A stretch of 36,778 bases of DNA. Source: Ignavibacteriaceae bacterium. GTDB lineage: Bacteria; Bacteroidota; Ignavibacteria; Ignavibacteriales; Ignavibacteriaceae. The notes under the pieces were generated by a model. That model was not told the DNA's origin and ran no database searches. It saw nothing but the letters and a program-made list of their open reading frames with translations. A program made the position numbers and the translations under genes. Location of the stretch: assembly GCA_036170205.1 (NCBI GenBank), contig JAVHOS010000220.1:1-36778 (forward strand), given 5' to 3'. Positions 1 through 10,200 of this stretch are shown in pieces; within the stretch, counting starts at the first letter, position 1; each line of letters begins with the position of its first letter.

Positions 1-55
1 GCTCATCCTTGGTAAGGATGAGGTCATCCCGATGGAATCGGGATCGTCAGCTCAA
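1..55 (+). repeat. Tandem repeat copy 1 (55 nt, double hairpin; may be cut by the window edge)
   Basis: nt 1-55 are identical to nt 69-123. Hairpin A is CTCATCC-TTGGTAA-GGATGAG (2-22). Hairpin B is ATCCCGA-TGGAA-TCGGGAT (26-44). Confidence 0.9.
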
Positions 56-68
56 GAAGATAATTTAA

Positions 69-123
69 GCTCATCCTTGGTAAGGATGAGGTCATCCCGA
101 TGGAATCGGGATCGTCAGCTCAA
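69..123 (+). repeat. Tandem repeat copy 2 (55 nt, double hairpin)
   Basis: Perfect copy of 1-55 after a 13-nt AT-rich spacer (GAAGATAATTTAA). Hairpins lie at 70-90 and 94-112. No acceptor 5' strand or D arm precedes it, so it is not a complete tRNA. Confidence 0.9.
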
Positions 124-154
124 TTAGTTTATTAAAAGAAAAAGTAGAGTTATT

Positions 155-304
155 ATGAGAGAAATAATCACCTTAGAGTGCACAGAGTGTAAAAGAAGAA
201 ATTACACCACAACCAAAAATAAGCGTAATCACCCAAGTCGAGTAGAATTTAAAAAATACTGCCGCTGGGATAGAAAGCATACTATTCACAAGGAAACAAA
301 ATAG
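155..304 (+). CDS. rpmG: 50S ribosomal protein L33
   Basis: 49-aa ORF below the ORF-track cutoff, translated by hand: [49 protein letters not shown]. Shows the L33 signature (CTEC...[10 protein letters not shown]...HKE). Position upstream of tRNA-Trp/secE is typical. Confidence 0.9.
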   Translation: MREIITLECTECKRRNYTTTKNKRNHPSRVEFKKYCRWDRKHTIHKETK

Positions 305-312
305 TAATTGCT

Positions 313-385
313 ACGTCAGTGGCTCAATTGGTAGAGCAGCGGTCTCCAAAACCGCAGGTTGGGGGTTCGAGTCCCTCCTGACGTG
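313..385 (+). tRNA. tRNA-Trp (anticodon CCA)
   Basis: 73-nt cloverleaf. Acceptor ACGTCAG/CTGACGT, D arm GCTC-AATTGGTA-GAGC, anticodon arm GCGGT-CTCCAAA-ACCGC, T arm GGGGG-TTCGAGT-CCCTC, discriminator G. CCA is not encoded. Confidence 0.93.
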
Positions 386-402
386 CAGAAAGTTTCAAAA
401 CT

Positions 403-585
403 ATGATTAATAAAATTAAAGCCTTCTTTAATGACGTCGTCAAAGAAATGAAAAAAGTTACTTGGCCGACTAAAGATGAACTCAAAGAATCAACTTATGT
501 GGTTATTGCCGTATGTTTGATCTTTGCCGCGCTGACCTACGTCATCGATATGGCAATCACACAAGCATTTAAAGGAATATTTTAG
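403..585 (+). CDS. secE: Preprotein translocase subunit SecE
   Basis: 60-aa ORF with a single C-terminal TM helix (VVIAVCLIFAALTYVIDMAI) after the VTWPTKDEL motif. Canonical position before nusG. Confidence 0.9.
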   Translation: MINKIKAFFNDVVKEMKKVTWPTKDELKESTYVVIAVCLIFAALTYVIDMAITQAFKGIF

Positions 586-594
586 GTAACATTG

Positions 595-1131
595 ATGGAT
601 TTTCGCTGGTATGTTGTTAGAACGTTTTCAGGGCATGAGAACAAAGTAAAAAATTTCATCGATCTTGAATTGAAGGATAATGAACAACTTCTTGAGAAGA
701 TTCAGCAAGTTCTCGTTCCTACCGAAAAGGTATTTGAAGTACGCGATGGTAAGAAACGAAGCAAAACAAAAAACTTCTTTCCCGGTTACCTTCTCTTGCA
801 AGCCGAACTTGACGCGCAAGTAAAAGATTTTATTCTCAACACCCCTTCCGTTATGGGGTTTCTCGGACCTCAGAACAACCCGAACCCGCTTCAGCCCGAT
901 GAAGTGAAAAGAATTGTCGGTAGAATTACGCAAGAAACCGACGGTGAAAGAATTGAAACGATATTTAGAACCGGTGATCTTGTAAAAATTATTGATGGTC
1001 CTTTTAATAATTTTTCAGGCAGCATCGAAGAAGTAAACGAAGAGAAAATGAAAATTAAAGTGTTGGTCTCAATCTTTGGCAGAAAAACTCCTGTTGAGAT
1101 TGATTTTGTACAAGCAGAGTTAGAAAAGTAA
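595..1131 (+). CDS. nusG: Transcription termination/antitermination factor NusG
   Basis: NGN start FRWYVVRTFSGHENKVK and C-terminal KOW GDLVKIIDGPFNNFSGSIEEV. The ORF track starts at TTG 592; the adjacent ATG 595 is more likely. Confidence 0.93.
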   Translation: MDFRWYVVRTFSGHENKVKNFIDLELKDNEQLLEKIQQVLVPTEKVFEVRDGKKRSKTKNFFPGYLLLQAELDAQVKDFILNTPSVMGFLGPQNNPNPLQPDEVKRIVGRITQETDGERIETIFRTGDLVKIIDGPFNNFSGSIEEVNEEKMKIKVLVSIFGRKTPVEIDFVQAELEK

Positions 1132-1150
1132 TTTCTAGAGGAACATTACA

Positions 1151-1576
1151 ATGGCTAAGAAAATAACAGGTTATATTAAATTACAAATTCCTGCCGGAAA
1201 AGCTAACCCTTCTCCTCCGGTTGGTCCAGCTTTAGGCCAAAAGGGTGTTAACATTATGGAGTTTTGCAAACAGTTTAATGCAAAAACTTCCGGTCAAGAA
1301 GGCTTGATTATTCCTGTAGTCATTACAGTTTTTTCAGATAAGTCCTTCACCTTTATTACCAAAACGCCTCCTGCGGCAGTCCTTTTAAAGAAAGCCGCTA
1401 AAGTTGAAAAAGGATCGGCTGAATCCAATAAAATAAAGGTTGGCAAAGTTTCCAAAACTCAAGTAGAAGAAATTGCCAAACTCAAAATGCCTGATCTTAA
1501 CGCAAATGATGTTGAACATGCTATGAGTATGGTTGCCGGAACCGCCAGAAGCATGGGCATTACTGTTGACGAATAA
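1151..1576 (+). CDS. rplK: 50S ribosomal protein L11
   Basis: [35 protein letters not shown] is the L11 N-terminal signature. Confidence 0.97.
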   Translation: MAKKITGYIKLQIPAGKANPSPPVGPALGQKGVNIMEFCKQFNAKTSGQEGLIIPVVITVFSDKSFTFITKTPPAAVLLKKAAKVEKGSAESNKIKVGKVSKTQVEEIAKLKMPDLNANDVEHAMSMVAGTARSMGITVDE

Positions 1577-1600
1577 CTATAAGAATGAGATGATTTTATT

Positions 1601-2296
1601 ATGAAGACTTCAAAAAGAGTTACAGCAATTAATAAAGCGATCGATAAAAACAAAGATTACTCAATCGCTGAAGCAATTAAAACCCTTCAAGAACAAACAA
1701 AAGTTAAGTTTGTGGAATCTCTTGATTGCGCTATTCGTTTGGGTGTTGACCCTAGGCATGCCGATCAAATGATTAGAGGAACGGTTTCTCTTCCTAACGG
1801 AACCGGTAAGGCAGTCCGGGTTTTAGTTATGGCTAAAGGTCCCAAAGCTAAAGAAGCATTGGATGCAGGCGCTGATTATGCCGGATTGGAAGATTACTTA
1901 GAAAAAATTAAAGGCGGCTGGGCTGATATTGATGTGCTTATTGCTACCCCGGATGTAATGGCAGAAGTTGGTAAACTTGGTAAAATATTAGGTCCTAAAG
2001 GATTAATGCCTAATCCGAAAAGTGGCACGGTTACTATGGATGTTGAAAAAGCCGTAAAAGAAGTTAAAGCCGGAAAGATCGAATTCCGCGTTGATAAAAC
2101 CGGAATCGTACATGTTTCCGTTGGTAAATTAAATTTTGAAACTGACAAATTAGTCGAGAATACAAACGCATTTCTTAATATGATAGTTAAACTTAAACCT
2201 GCCAGCGCGAAAGGCACATATGTTAAAAGTGTTTTCCTTTCGTCAACTATGGGACCAGGTTTGAAAATATCTAAAGAAGAATTAGCTGTTCACTAA
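1601..2296 (+). CDS. rplA: 50S ribosomal protein L1
   Basis: L1 motifs [18 protein letters not shown] and [19 protein letters not shown]. Follows rplK. Confidence 0.97.
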   Translation: MKTSKRVTAINKAIDKNKDYSIAEAIKTLQEQTKVKFVESLDCAIRLGVDPRHADQMIRGTVSLPNGTGKAVRVLVMAKGPKAKEALDAGADYAGLEDYLEKIKGGWADIDVLIATPDVMAEVGKLGKILGPKGLMPNPKSGTVTMDVEKAVKEVKAGKIEFRVDKTGIVHVSVGKLNFETDKLVENTNAFLNMIVKLKPASAKGTYVKSVFLSSTMGPGLKISKEELAVH

Positions 2297-2363
2297 AAGT
2301 TTATTACGCACGTAATGCTTCTATCCGACTCCATGTCAATAACTAAAATGATGTAGGAGAAAA

Positions 2364-2885
2364 ATGAATAAAACTGAAAAAGCTGAAGTTGTTGAAAAGG
2401 TAGTAGAGTTAGTTAATAAATCTACCGCTCTTTATATAACAGACTACAGTGGAATCAATGTCGAAGACATCAAAAATCTTCGGCGAGAGTTCAAGAAACA
2501 AGGTTCTCAATACAGAGTTATCAAAAATACTTTGTTGAAAAGAGCTCTTGTACAAACCGGTAAATACGAAAAACTTGATGCGAGCTTAGTCGGGATGACC
2601 GGCGCTGTTTTCGCAGGAGAGAATTCCGTTGCTCCGGCTAAGATCATCAAAAAATATTATTCGGACAAACAAAAGCTTTCTTTAAAAGCTTGCTATATTG
2701 AAACCCAGTACTTCGATGGAAAATTGCTGGATCAATTGGCGACTCTTCCGAGTAAACCGGAAATCATCGCGGGAATTCTTGGAAGCCTCGATGCCCCTGC
2801 TTCCGGAATTGTTGGTGTTCTTAATTCCGTCTTACGCGAGCTTGTTAGCGTGGTTGATGAAATCGCAAAGAAAAAAGCCGCTTAA
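2364..2885 (+). CDS. rplJ: 50S ribosomal protein L10
   Basis: 173-aa ORF with L10-like N-terminus (KVVELVNKSTALYITDYSGINVEDIKNLRREF). GGAG lies upstream of the ATG. Position between rplA and rplL. Confidence 0.95.
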   Translation: MNKTEKAEVVEKVVELVNKSTALYITDYSGINVEDIKNLRREFKKQGSQYRVIKNTLLKRALVQTGKYEKLDASLVGMTGAVFAGENSVAPAKIIKKYYSDKQKLSLKACYIETQYFDGKLLDQLATLPSKPEIIAGILGSLDAPASGIVGVLNSVLRELVSVVDEIAKKKAA

Positions 2886-2922
2886 TTAAATTTTTATAAA
2901 AGAAATAACTAGGAGATCTATA

Positions 2923-3303
2923 ATGTCTGAAAAAGTTGCTGAATTAGTCGAAAAAATAAAAGCCTTAACCTTAGTCGAAGCTTCTGAGTTGAAAAAAGCT
3001 TTAGAACAAGAATTTGGTGTTACTGCCGCCGCCCCCGTGGTAATGGGTGCCGCAGTTGCCGGCGCTGCTGCCGCAGCTCCGGTTGAAGAACAAACCGAAT
3101 TTAACGTTAATCTTATTGCCGCTGGCGAGAAAAAGATCAACGTAATTAAAGTTGTTCGCGCTCATACCGGTTTAGGCTTAAAAGAAGCTAAAGACCTTGT
3201 TGACGGTGCGCCAAAAACAGTTAAAGAAGCCGTCTCTAAAGACGAAGCCGAAAAACTGAAGAAAGAACTAGAAGAAGCCGGCGCTACAGTAGAAGTAAAA
3301 TAA
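2923..3303 (+). CDS. rplL: 50S ribosomal protein L7/L12
   Basis: N-terminal helix, Ala/Pro-rich hinge ([19 protein letters not shown]) and C-terminal domain [28 protein letters not shown]. Confidence 0.97.
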   Translation: MSEKVAELVEKIKALTLVEASELKKALEQEFGVTAAAPVVMGAAVAGAAAAAPVEEQTEFNVNLIAAGEKKINVIKVVRAHTGLGLKEAKDLVDGAPKTVKEAVSKDEAEKLKKELEEAGATVEVK

Positions 3304-3337
3304 TTATTAACTTTTTATTTCATCGTTTCCTTTTCTT

Positions 3338-3380
3338 AAAAAGTGATCCCGATTACTTCGGGATCGCTTTTTCTTATTTT
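3338..3380 (+). terminator. Intrinsic terminator/attenuator between rplL and rpoB
   Basis: Core 8-bp stem GATCCCGA (3345-3352) / TCGGGATC (3358-3365) with loop TTACT. The stem extends with A/T and one G-U pair to about 3338-3372 and is followed by a T-rich run. A-run upstream and T-run downstream make it potentially bidirectional. Confidence 0.75.
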
Positions 3381-3438
3381 TTGTAATGATGATACAGGAT
3401 ACAAGCTATGATTTCGATAACTAATTGGAGGATCTCAC

Positions 3439-6400
3439 TTGGCTAATCAAAGAATTTCCTTTGGAAAAATTAAACCGGTTCTTCCTATCCCGGATTTGCT
3501 CGATATTCAAAAAGAGTCTTTTGAAGAATTTTTACAGCGTAACATCCATCCTACTCAACGCGAAAATAAAGGGCTTCAAGCTGTTTTTACCTCTAACTTT
3601 CCCATCTTCGATAATAAGGAAAATTTCCGGCTGGACTTTGTTGAATACAACATCGAAAAAGCCCGTTACTCAATTCAAGAATGTATTGAAAAGGGACTTA
3701 CTTTTGCCGCTCCTTTAAAAGCTAAATTAAGATTAGCAACAAAAGACCCTGATACCAAAGAATTTATCAACGCGGTAGAACAAGAAGTTTATCTTGGCAA
3801 CCTCCCGTTTATGACCGAACAGGGAACCTTTGTTATCAACGGCGCTGAACGGGTAGTTGTTACCCAGCTTCACCGTTCTCCCGGTGTTGCTTTCTCGCAA
3901 ACTATCCACCCGAACGGTACACCTCTTTACGCGGCAAGAATTATTCCGCTAAAAGGTTCGTGGGTTGAATTTGCAACCGATATTAATCATATTTTATATG
4001 TTTACATCGATAGAAGAAAAAAATTCCCTTCAACAACATTGCTTAGAGCGCTTGGTTACACAAACGATGAAGAAATTCTCCAGCTTTTCGATTTAGTTGA
4101 AACCGTAAATGTAAATAAAGTTAAAATTGAAGATTATATCGGAAGAATGATCGCAAGCGACGTCTTTGATATATCAAGCGGTGAAATATTTTTATCAAGA
4201 GAAAGTGTTTTCTCTGAAGAAGATGTTGAAAGAGTAAAAGATGCCGAAGTTGAAGAAATAAAATTTATTAGCGCAGAAGTTAATACGGATCAGAGTTTAA
4301 TCCTTAATACCTTAAGAAAAGATCCGGCTCATACTAAAGAAGAAGCTTTGTTTGCTATTTATCGTCAACTTCGTACCGGTGAAGCCCCTGATGTTGATAC
4401 GGCTGCATCACTTATCGAAAAACTTTTCTTTAACGATAAACGTTATGATCTTGGAGACGTTGGTCGTCATCGCATGAACGATAAATTAAAATTGGATATT
4501 CCGGAAACCACTACAGTCTTAACTCCGGTTGATATTATCGAAATCATGCGCTACATCATCCGTATGAAAAACGGATTGGAATCAACAGACGATATCGATC
4601 ACTTAGGAAATAGAAGAGTTAGAACAGTTGGCGAGCAAATTCAACAACAATTTAATGTTGGTATTTCTCGTATGTCCAGAACCATCAAAGAACGTATGAA
4701 CGTTCGCGATTCCGAAAATTTCACTCCGCAAGAATTAGTAAACGCCCGAACCATAAGCAGTGTTATTAATGCTTTCTTCGGCACAAATCCACTGTCTCAA
4801 TTCATGGATCAGACTAATCCGCTTGCAGAATTAACACACAAGAGAAGAATGTCTGCCCTTGGACCCGGCGGGTTAACAAGAGAACGCGCCGGCTTTGAAG
4901 TTCGTGACGTTCACTATACTCACTACGGTCGCTTGTGTCCGATCGAAACCCCTGAAGGTCCGAACATCGGTCTTATTTCTTCGTTAACGATCTTCGCAAG
5001 AGTTAACAAATATGGTTTCCTTGAAACGCCATATCGCAAAGTAAAAGGGAGAAAAGCTACTGAAGAAGTAAGTTATCTTACCGCAGAGCAGGAAGATTTA
5101 TATACCATTGCTCAGGCTAACGCTGAATTGAACGAGAAAAATGAATTTGTTAATGATAGAATTAAATCAAGAAATAAAGGTGAGTTTCCAATTGTTCACC
5201 ACGAACAATTACAATTTATGGATGTTGCTCCGGCTCAGATTGTAAGCGCCGCCGCAGCTTTAATTCCATTCCTTGAACATGATGATGCCAACAGAGCATT
5301 GATGGGATCAAACATGATGCGCCAGGCAGTTCCCTTGATGGTAACCGAAGCTCCGATTGTTGGAACCGGATTTGAAGGGAAGATTGCTGTTGATTCCCGC
5401 GCGGTTATTCTCGCTGAAGATGACGGCTTTATCGAATTTGTTGACGCAAATAAAATAACCGTTGTTTATGATACCGATCCGAAATCAATGGAAGCAATTA
5501 CAAGTTTTGATGATGTTCGTAGAGAGACCTATCAATTGATTAAGTTCTCCGGTACAAACCAGGAAACAAGCATCAACCAAAAACCGATTGTTAATGAAGG
5601 ACAACGTGTTAAAAAAGGTGAAGTTATTGCCGATGGCTGCGCAACTGACCAAGGTGAATTAGCGCTTGGTAAAAACGTACTTGTTGCGTTCATGCCATGG
5701 CGCGGTTACAACTTTGAGGATGCTATTATCTTGAGTGAAAGACTTGTTGCTAACGATACTTTTACATCTCTTCATGTTGAAGAATTTGAATTACAAGTAA
5801 GAGAAACCAAACGCGGTGAAGAAGAACTAACAAGAGAAATTCCTAATGTTAGCGAAGAAGCAGTTAAGAATCTTGATGAGAACGGCATTGTTCACGTTGG
5901 CGCTGAAGTAAAAGAAGGCGACATTCTTATTGGAAAAATTACTCCGAAAGGGGAAACCGATCCCACGCCGGAAGAAAAATTGTTACGTGCAATATTTGGC
6001 GACAAAGCCGGAGATGTTAAAGACGCATCGCTTAAAGCTTCGCCCGGTATTCGCGGAACCGTTATCAAAACAAGATTATTCAGCCGTAAGAAAAAAGAAG
6101 CCGACGGTAAAAAGGTCGAGAAAAAATCATTCGACCAAATTGAAACCGCTCATAAATCTAAAGTAACGGCTCATTATAAAAAATTAGTTGATAAATTAAC
6201 GGTCATCTGCGAAGGGCAGACTTCTACCGGTATCCGTGATTTAGACGGCTCGGTTGTGCTTAGAAGCGGAACTTCTATTAAAGAAAAAACTTTTTCTGAT
6301 TTAGATGACGTTACAAAGTTAGATTATACCACCGGATGGTTTGAAACCAAAAAGACAAACCAAACGGTTCAAAGATTATATGCAAATTATTTCGATCGTT

Positions 6401-7197
6401 TAAGTGATTTGGAAGAAGACTTTAAACGTGAGAAGATTAAAATTCAGATTGGAGACGAATTACCTCCGGGAATCGTTCAACTTGCTAAAGTTTATGTTGC
6501 TAAAAAACGTAAAATTTCTGTTGGCGATAAAATGGCTGGACGCCATGGAAACAAAGGCGTTGTTTCTAAGGTTGTTCCTGTAGAAGACATGCCTTTTATG
6601 CCGGACGGAACTCCGGTTGATGTTATTTTGAATCCTCTTGGCGTTCCTTCTCGTATGAATCTTGGTCAGTTATACGAAACAGCTCTCGGCTGGGTCGGGA
6701 AATTACTCGGTGTAAAATTTGCGACTCCTATTTTCGACGGCGCAAAATTAGGCGATGTTGAAAGCTGGCTTGAAAAAGCCGGTTTAGATACAGGCAGCAA
6801 AGTTGAACTCATCGACGGAAGAAGCGGCGAGAAGTTTCACCAAAAAGTTACTTGCGGCTACATCTATATGTTAAAACTTGGACACATGGTTGATGATAAA
6901 ATCCATGCTCGTTCAATTGGACCATACTCGCTTATTACACAACAGCCGCTTGGCGGAAAAGCCCAATTCGGCGGTCAGAGATTCGGTGAAATGGAAGTAT
7001 GGGCGCTTGAAGGTTACGGAGCTTCAAATATTTTGCAGGAAGTATTAACTGTAAAAAGTGATGACGTTTCCGGACGCTCTAAAGTGTATGAAGCCATTGT
7101 TAAAGGCGAAAATTTGCCGGTGCCGAATGTGCCGGAATCGTTTAACGTTCTTATTAAAGAACTCCAGGGCTTAGGCTTGGATATTCATATTAATTAA
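3439..7197 (+). CDS. rpoB: DNA-directed RNA polymerase subunit beta
   Basis: 1252 aa. Motifs GPGGLTRERAGFEVRDVHYTHYGRLCPIETPEGPNIGLI and GDKMAGRHGNKGVVSK. TTG start 7 nt after GGAGG. Confidence 0.98.
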   Translation: MANQRISFGKIKPVLPIPDLLDIQKESFEEFLQRNIHPTQRENKGLQAVFTSNFPIFDNKENFRLDFVEYNIEKARYSIQECIEKGLTFAAPLKAKLRLATKDPDTKEFINAVEQEVYLGNLPFMTEQGTFVINGAERVVVTQLHRSPGVAFSQTIHPNGTPLYAARIIPLKGSWVEFATDINHILYVYIDRRKKFPSTTLLRALGYTNDEEILQLFDLVETVNVNKVKIEDYIGRMIASDVFDISSGEIFLSRESVFSEEDVERVKDAEVEEIKFISAEVNTDQSLILNTLRKDPAHTKEEALFAIYRQLRTGEAPDVDTAASLIEKLFFNDKRYDLGDVGRHRMNDKLKLDIPETTTVLTPVDIIEIMRYIIRMKNGLESTDDIDHLGNRRVRTVGEQIQQQFNVGISRMSRTIKERMNVRDSENFTPQELVNARTISSVINAFFGTNPLSQFMDQTNPLAELTHKRRMSALGPGGLTRERAGFEVRDVHYTHYGRLCPIETPEGPNIGLISSLTIFARVNKYGFLETPYRKVKGRKATEEVSYLTAEQEDLYTIAQANAELNEKNEFVNDRIKSRNKGEFPIVHHEQLQFMDVAPAQIVSAAAALIPFLEHDDANRALMGSNMMRQAVPLMVTEAPIVGTGFEGKIAVDSRAVILAEDDGFIEFVDANKITVVYDTDPKSMEAITSFDDVRRETYQLIKFSGTNQETSINQKPIVNEGQRVKKGEVIADGCATDQGELALGKNVLVAFMPWRGYNFEDAIILSERLVANDTFTSLHVEEFELQVRETKRGEEELTREIPNVSEEAVKNLDENGIVHVGAEVKEGDILIGKITPKGETDPTPEEKLLRAIFGDKAGDVKDASLKASPGIRGTVIKTRLFSRKKKEADGKKVEKKSFDQIETAHKSKVTAHYKKLVDKLTVICEGQTSTGIRDLDGSVVLRSGTSIKEKTFSDLDDVTKLDYTTGWFETKKTNQTVQRLYANYFDRLSDLEEDFKREKIKIQIGDELPPGIVQLAKVYVAKKRKISVGDKMAGRHGNKGVVSKVVPVEDMPFMPDGTPVDVILNPLGVPSRMNLGQLYETALGWVGKLLGVKFATPIFDGAKLGDVESWLEKAGLDTGSKVELIDGRSGEKFHQKVTCGYIYMLKLGHMVDDKIHARSIGPYSLITQQPLGGKAQFGGQRFGEMEVWALEGYGASNILQEVLTVKSDDVSGRSKVYEAIVKGENLPVPNVPESFNVLIKELQGLGLDIHIN

Positions 7198-7246
7198 CGC
7201 TAAATAATTTTTTAACGTCCCGCTTTGCGGGATAAGGAGACTATAA

Positions 7247-10200
7247 ATGTCCTTCAGAAATCAAGAAAATACTGTAAGAGAAATAACAAATATTACTATC
7301 ACTCTGGCAAGTCCGGATGATATTTTAGCACGCTCACACGGCGAGATAACTAAACCGGAAACAATCAATTATAGAACTTTCCGCCCTGAAAAGGATGGAC
7401 TTTTCTGTGAAAAGATTTTCGGACCAACTCGTGACTGGGAATGCTATTGCGGTAAATATAAGAGAATTAGATACAAAGGTATCGTTTGCGATCGCTGCGG
7501 TGTTGAAGTAACTCAGAAAAGTGTACGTAGGGAAAGAATGGGGCATATTGCTCTTGCGGTTCCTGTTGTTCATATCTGGTTTTTCCGCTCACTCCCTTCA
7601 AAAATTGGCAATATGTTGGGATTCAGCACAAAAGAACTTGAAAGAGTTATTTATTACGAATCTTACGTGGTGATGAACCCCGGACCTACCGGATTGAAAC
7701 GAAAAGATCTAATTTCCGAAGATCAGTATTTTGAAGTGTTAAACTCTTTACCCGCTGGAAATGATCGCCTTCCGGAAAATGATCCGAACAAATTTTACGC
7801 ACGTATCGGTGGCGATGCTGTTAAAGAATTATTGAAACAGACAGACACAGAAGCTCTTTTCAATGCTTTACGCGAACAAGTTAAAGTTGAAACATCGCAG
7901 CAGAAGAAAGAAGAAATTCTTAAAAGATTAAAAGTCATTGAAGCCTTCCGCGAAAAAGAAGGAAAGCTTCCAAACAAACCTGAATGGATGACTTTAAGCT
8001 ATATTCCAGTTATTCCTCCGGAACTTCGTCCGCTCGTTCCTTTGGAAGGCGGAAGATTCGCAACTTCAGATTTAAATGATTTATACCGACGTGTTATTAT
8101 TCGTAACAATCGTTTGAAAAGATTGATCGATATTAAAGCGCCGGAAGTTATTCTTCGTAACGAAAAAAGAATGCTTCAAGAAGCGGTTGACGCTCTATTT
8201 GATAACTCTCGCCGCGGTTCTGCCGTAAGAAGCGACAACAACCGTCCTTTAAAATCTTTGAGCGATGTCCTCAAGGGAAAACAGGGAAGATTCCGCCAGA
8301 ATCTTTTAGGTAAAAGAGTTGACTATTCAGGTCGTTCGGTAATTGTTGTTGGTCCTGAATTAAAATTGCACCAGTGCGGTTTGCCAAAAGATATGGCGAT
8401 TGAATTATTCAAACCGTTCGTAATTAGAAAACTTATCGAGCGAGGACACAATAAGACGGTTAAAAGCGCTAAAAAAGTTGTTGATAGAAAAGACCCGATA
8501 ATTTGGGAAGTTCTTGAAAAAATTATTGACGGACACCCGATATTATTAAACCGCGCTCCAACACTGCACAGACTTGGTATCCAGGCGTTTCAACCGATTC
8601 TTATCGATGAAAAAGCCATTCGTTTACATCCTATGGTTTGTACGGCATTTAACGCGGATTTCGACGGTGATCAGATGGCTGTTCACGTTCCGCTTTCTCA
8701 CGAAGCTCAGCTTGAAGCCGCTTTGTTAATGCTTAGTTCACACAATATTCTTTCGCCCCAGAACGGAAGTCCGATTGTTGTTCCAACTCAAGATATCGTT
8801 CTTGGATGCTATTATTTAACCAAGAAAAGAGATGGTGATCTCGGCGAAGGAATGACCTTTGGAAATGCTGAAGAAGCAATAATCGCATATAATAATAAAG
8901 TTGTGGGACTTCATGCAAAAGTTAATGTTCGCATTGACGGTGAAATGATCGAAACCACCACAGGTAGAGTTATTTTCAATCAAATCGTGCCGAAAGAAAT
9001 GGGATTTTTTAACCATCTTCTTATAAAGAAAACTTTTGGCGGTTTTATCGGTAAAGTTTTCCTTAAACTTGGCAACAAAGTTACTGCAAAATTCCTTGAT
9101 GATTTAAAAGCAACTGGATTCCGTTATGCTACTGCAGGCGGTTTATCCATCAGCTTTAGCGATATGCTTATTCCTGCAGAAAAGGAAACCTATATAATCA
9201 GTGCAAATGAAAAAGTTGAACAAATCCTTAACGAGCATGAGCAGGGCGTTATAACAGATACTGAACGCTATAACAAAATCATCGACGTTTGGACACACAC
9301 AACAAACGACGTTGCCAAAATCTTGATGGAGAAATTAAAGAAAGCCGACAACGGATTTAACGCAATCCACATGATGGTTGACTCAGGCGCGAGAGGTTCG
9401 CAAGAACAAGTTCGCCAGTTAGCCGGTATGCGCGGATTGATGATGAAACCGCAGAAGTCTTTAAGCGGTCAAGCCGGTGAAATTATCGAGAACCCGATTA
9501 TCGCAAACTTTAAAGAAGGTCTCTCGGTTCTTGAATATTTTATTTCTACACACGGTGCTCGTAAAGGTCTTGCCGATACGGCTCTTAAAACTGCTGATGC
9601 CGGTTATTTAACAAGAAGATTGGTTGACGTTTCTCAAGATGTTATTGTCACGGAAATTGATTGCGGAACAATCCTCGGGATTCATATTACGGCATTAAAA
9701 GATGTTGAAGAAGAAAGAGAACCTCTGGCAGAACGCATTACCGGAAGAGTTGCTCAAGAAGATATTTATGATTTAAAAACCGATGAACTGATAGTTGGTG
9801 CCGGGGAATTAATTACCGAAACCATTGCTCAGCGGATTGAAGATGCAAATATAGATTCCGTTTATATCAGAACCGTACTTACATGCGAATCAAAACATGG
9901 AGTTTGCGCCAAATGTTATGGCAGGAACCTTACCACCGGTAAATTGGTTGAAGTAGGTGAAGCGGTTGGTGTTGTCGCGGCGCAATCCATAGGTGAGCCG
10001 GGAACACAATTAACGTTAAGAACTTTCCACTTAGGCGGTACATCATCGCGTATTGCAAGTCAATCTCAAGTTGAATCGGCTGTGAGCGGTTTTATCAAAT
10101 TTAATAGAATTAATTCGGTTGAAAAAGAGGGATTCTTTGGAAAAGTTCAAGTAGTAACAGGGCGCCGTGGTTCAGTTGAAATTTATGATGAAAACGATGT

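Noticed and set aside
1-123. CRISPR array reading of the direct repeats
   Set aside because: Only two copies are visible. A 55-nt repeat with a 13-nt spacer is incompatible with CRISPR geometry, and no cas genes are present.
628-933. Antisense ORFs of 60-117 aa inside conserved genes (628-933, 1894-2217, 2886-3140, 13740-14087, 14671-14946, 19938-20291, 26594-26914, 27609-27875 and similar)
   Set aside because: All lie opposite strongly conserved ribosomal or translation genes, have low-complexity or odd composition, and lack recognisable motifs. They are typical shadow ORFs.
3425-3718. Same-strand out-of-frame ORFs inside rpoB, rplJ, fusA, tuf, rpoC and others (3425-3718, 5930-6166, 2698-2889, 12487-12669, 15410-15625, 10167-10352)
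   Set aside because: They are fully nested in confidently identified long genes in another frame, and there is no independent support.
6061-6480. Large insertions in RpoB (about 6061-6480) and in the RpoC trigger loop (about 10040-10585) as possible novel domains
   Set aside because: They correspond in position to the known lineage-specific sequence insertions of beta and beta-prime (SI2-like and SI3-like) found in many Gram-negative lineages. Nothing is evidently new.
7217-7233. Hairpin GTCCCGC-TTT-GCGGGAT between rpoB and rpoC read as a terminator
   Set aside because: No U-tract follows; the rpoC Shine-Dalgarno sequence AAGGAG comes straight after. rpoBC are expected to be co-transcribed. 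At most it is a processing or stability element, and I cannot support it further.
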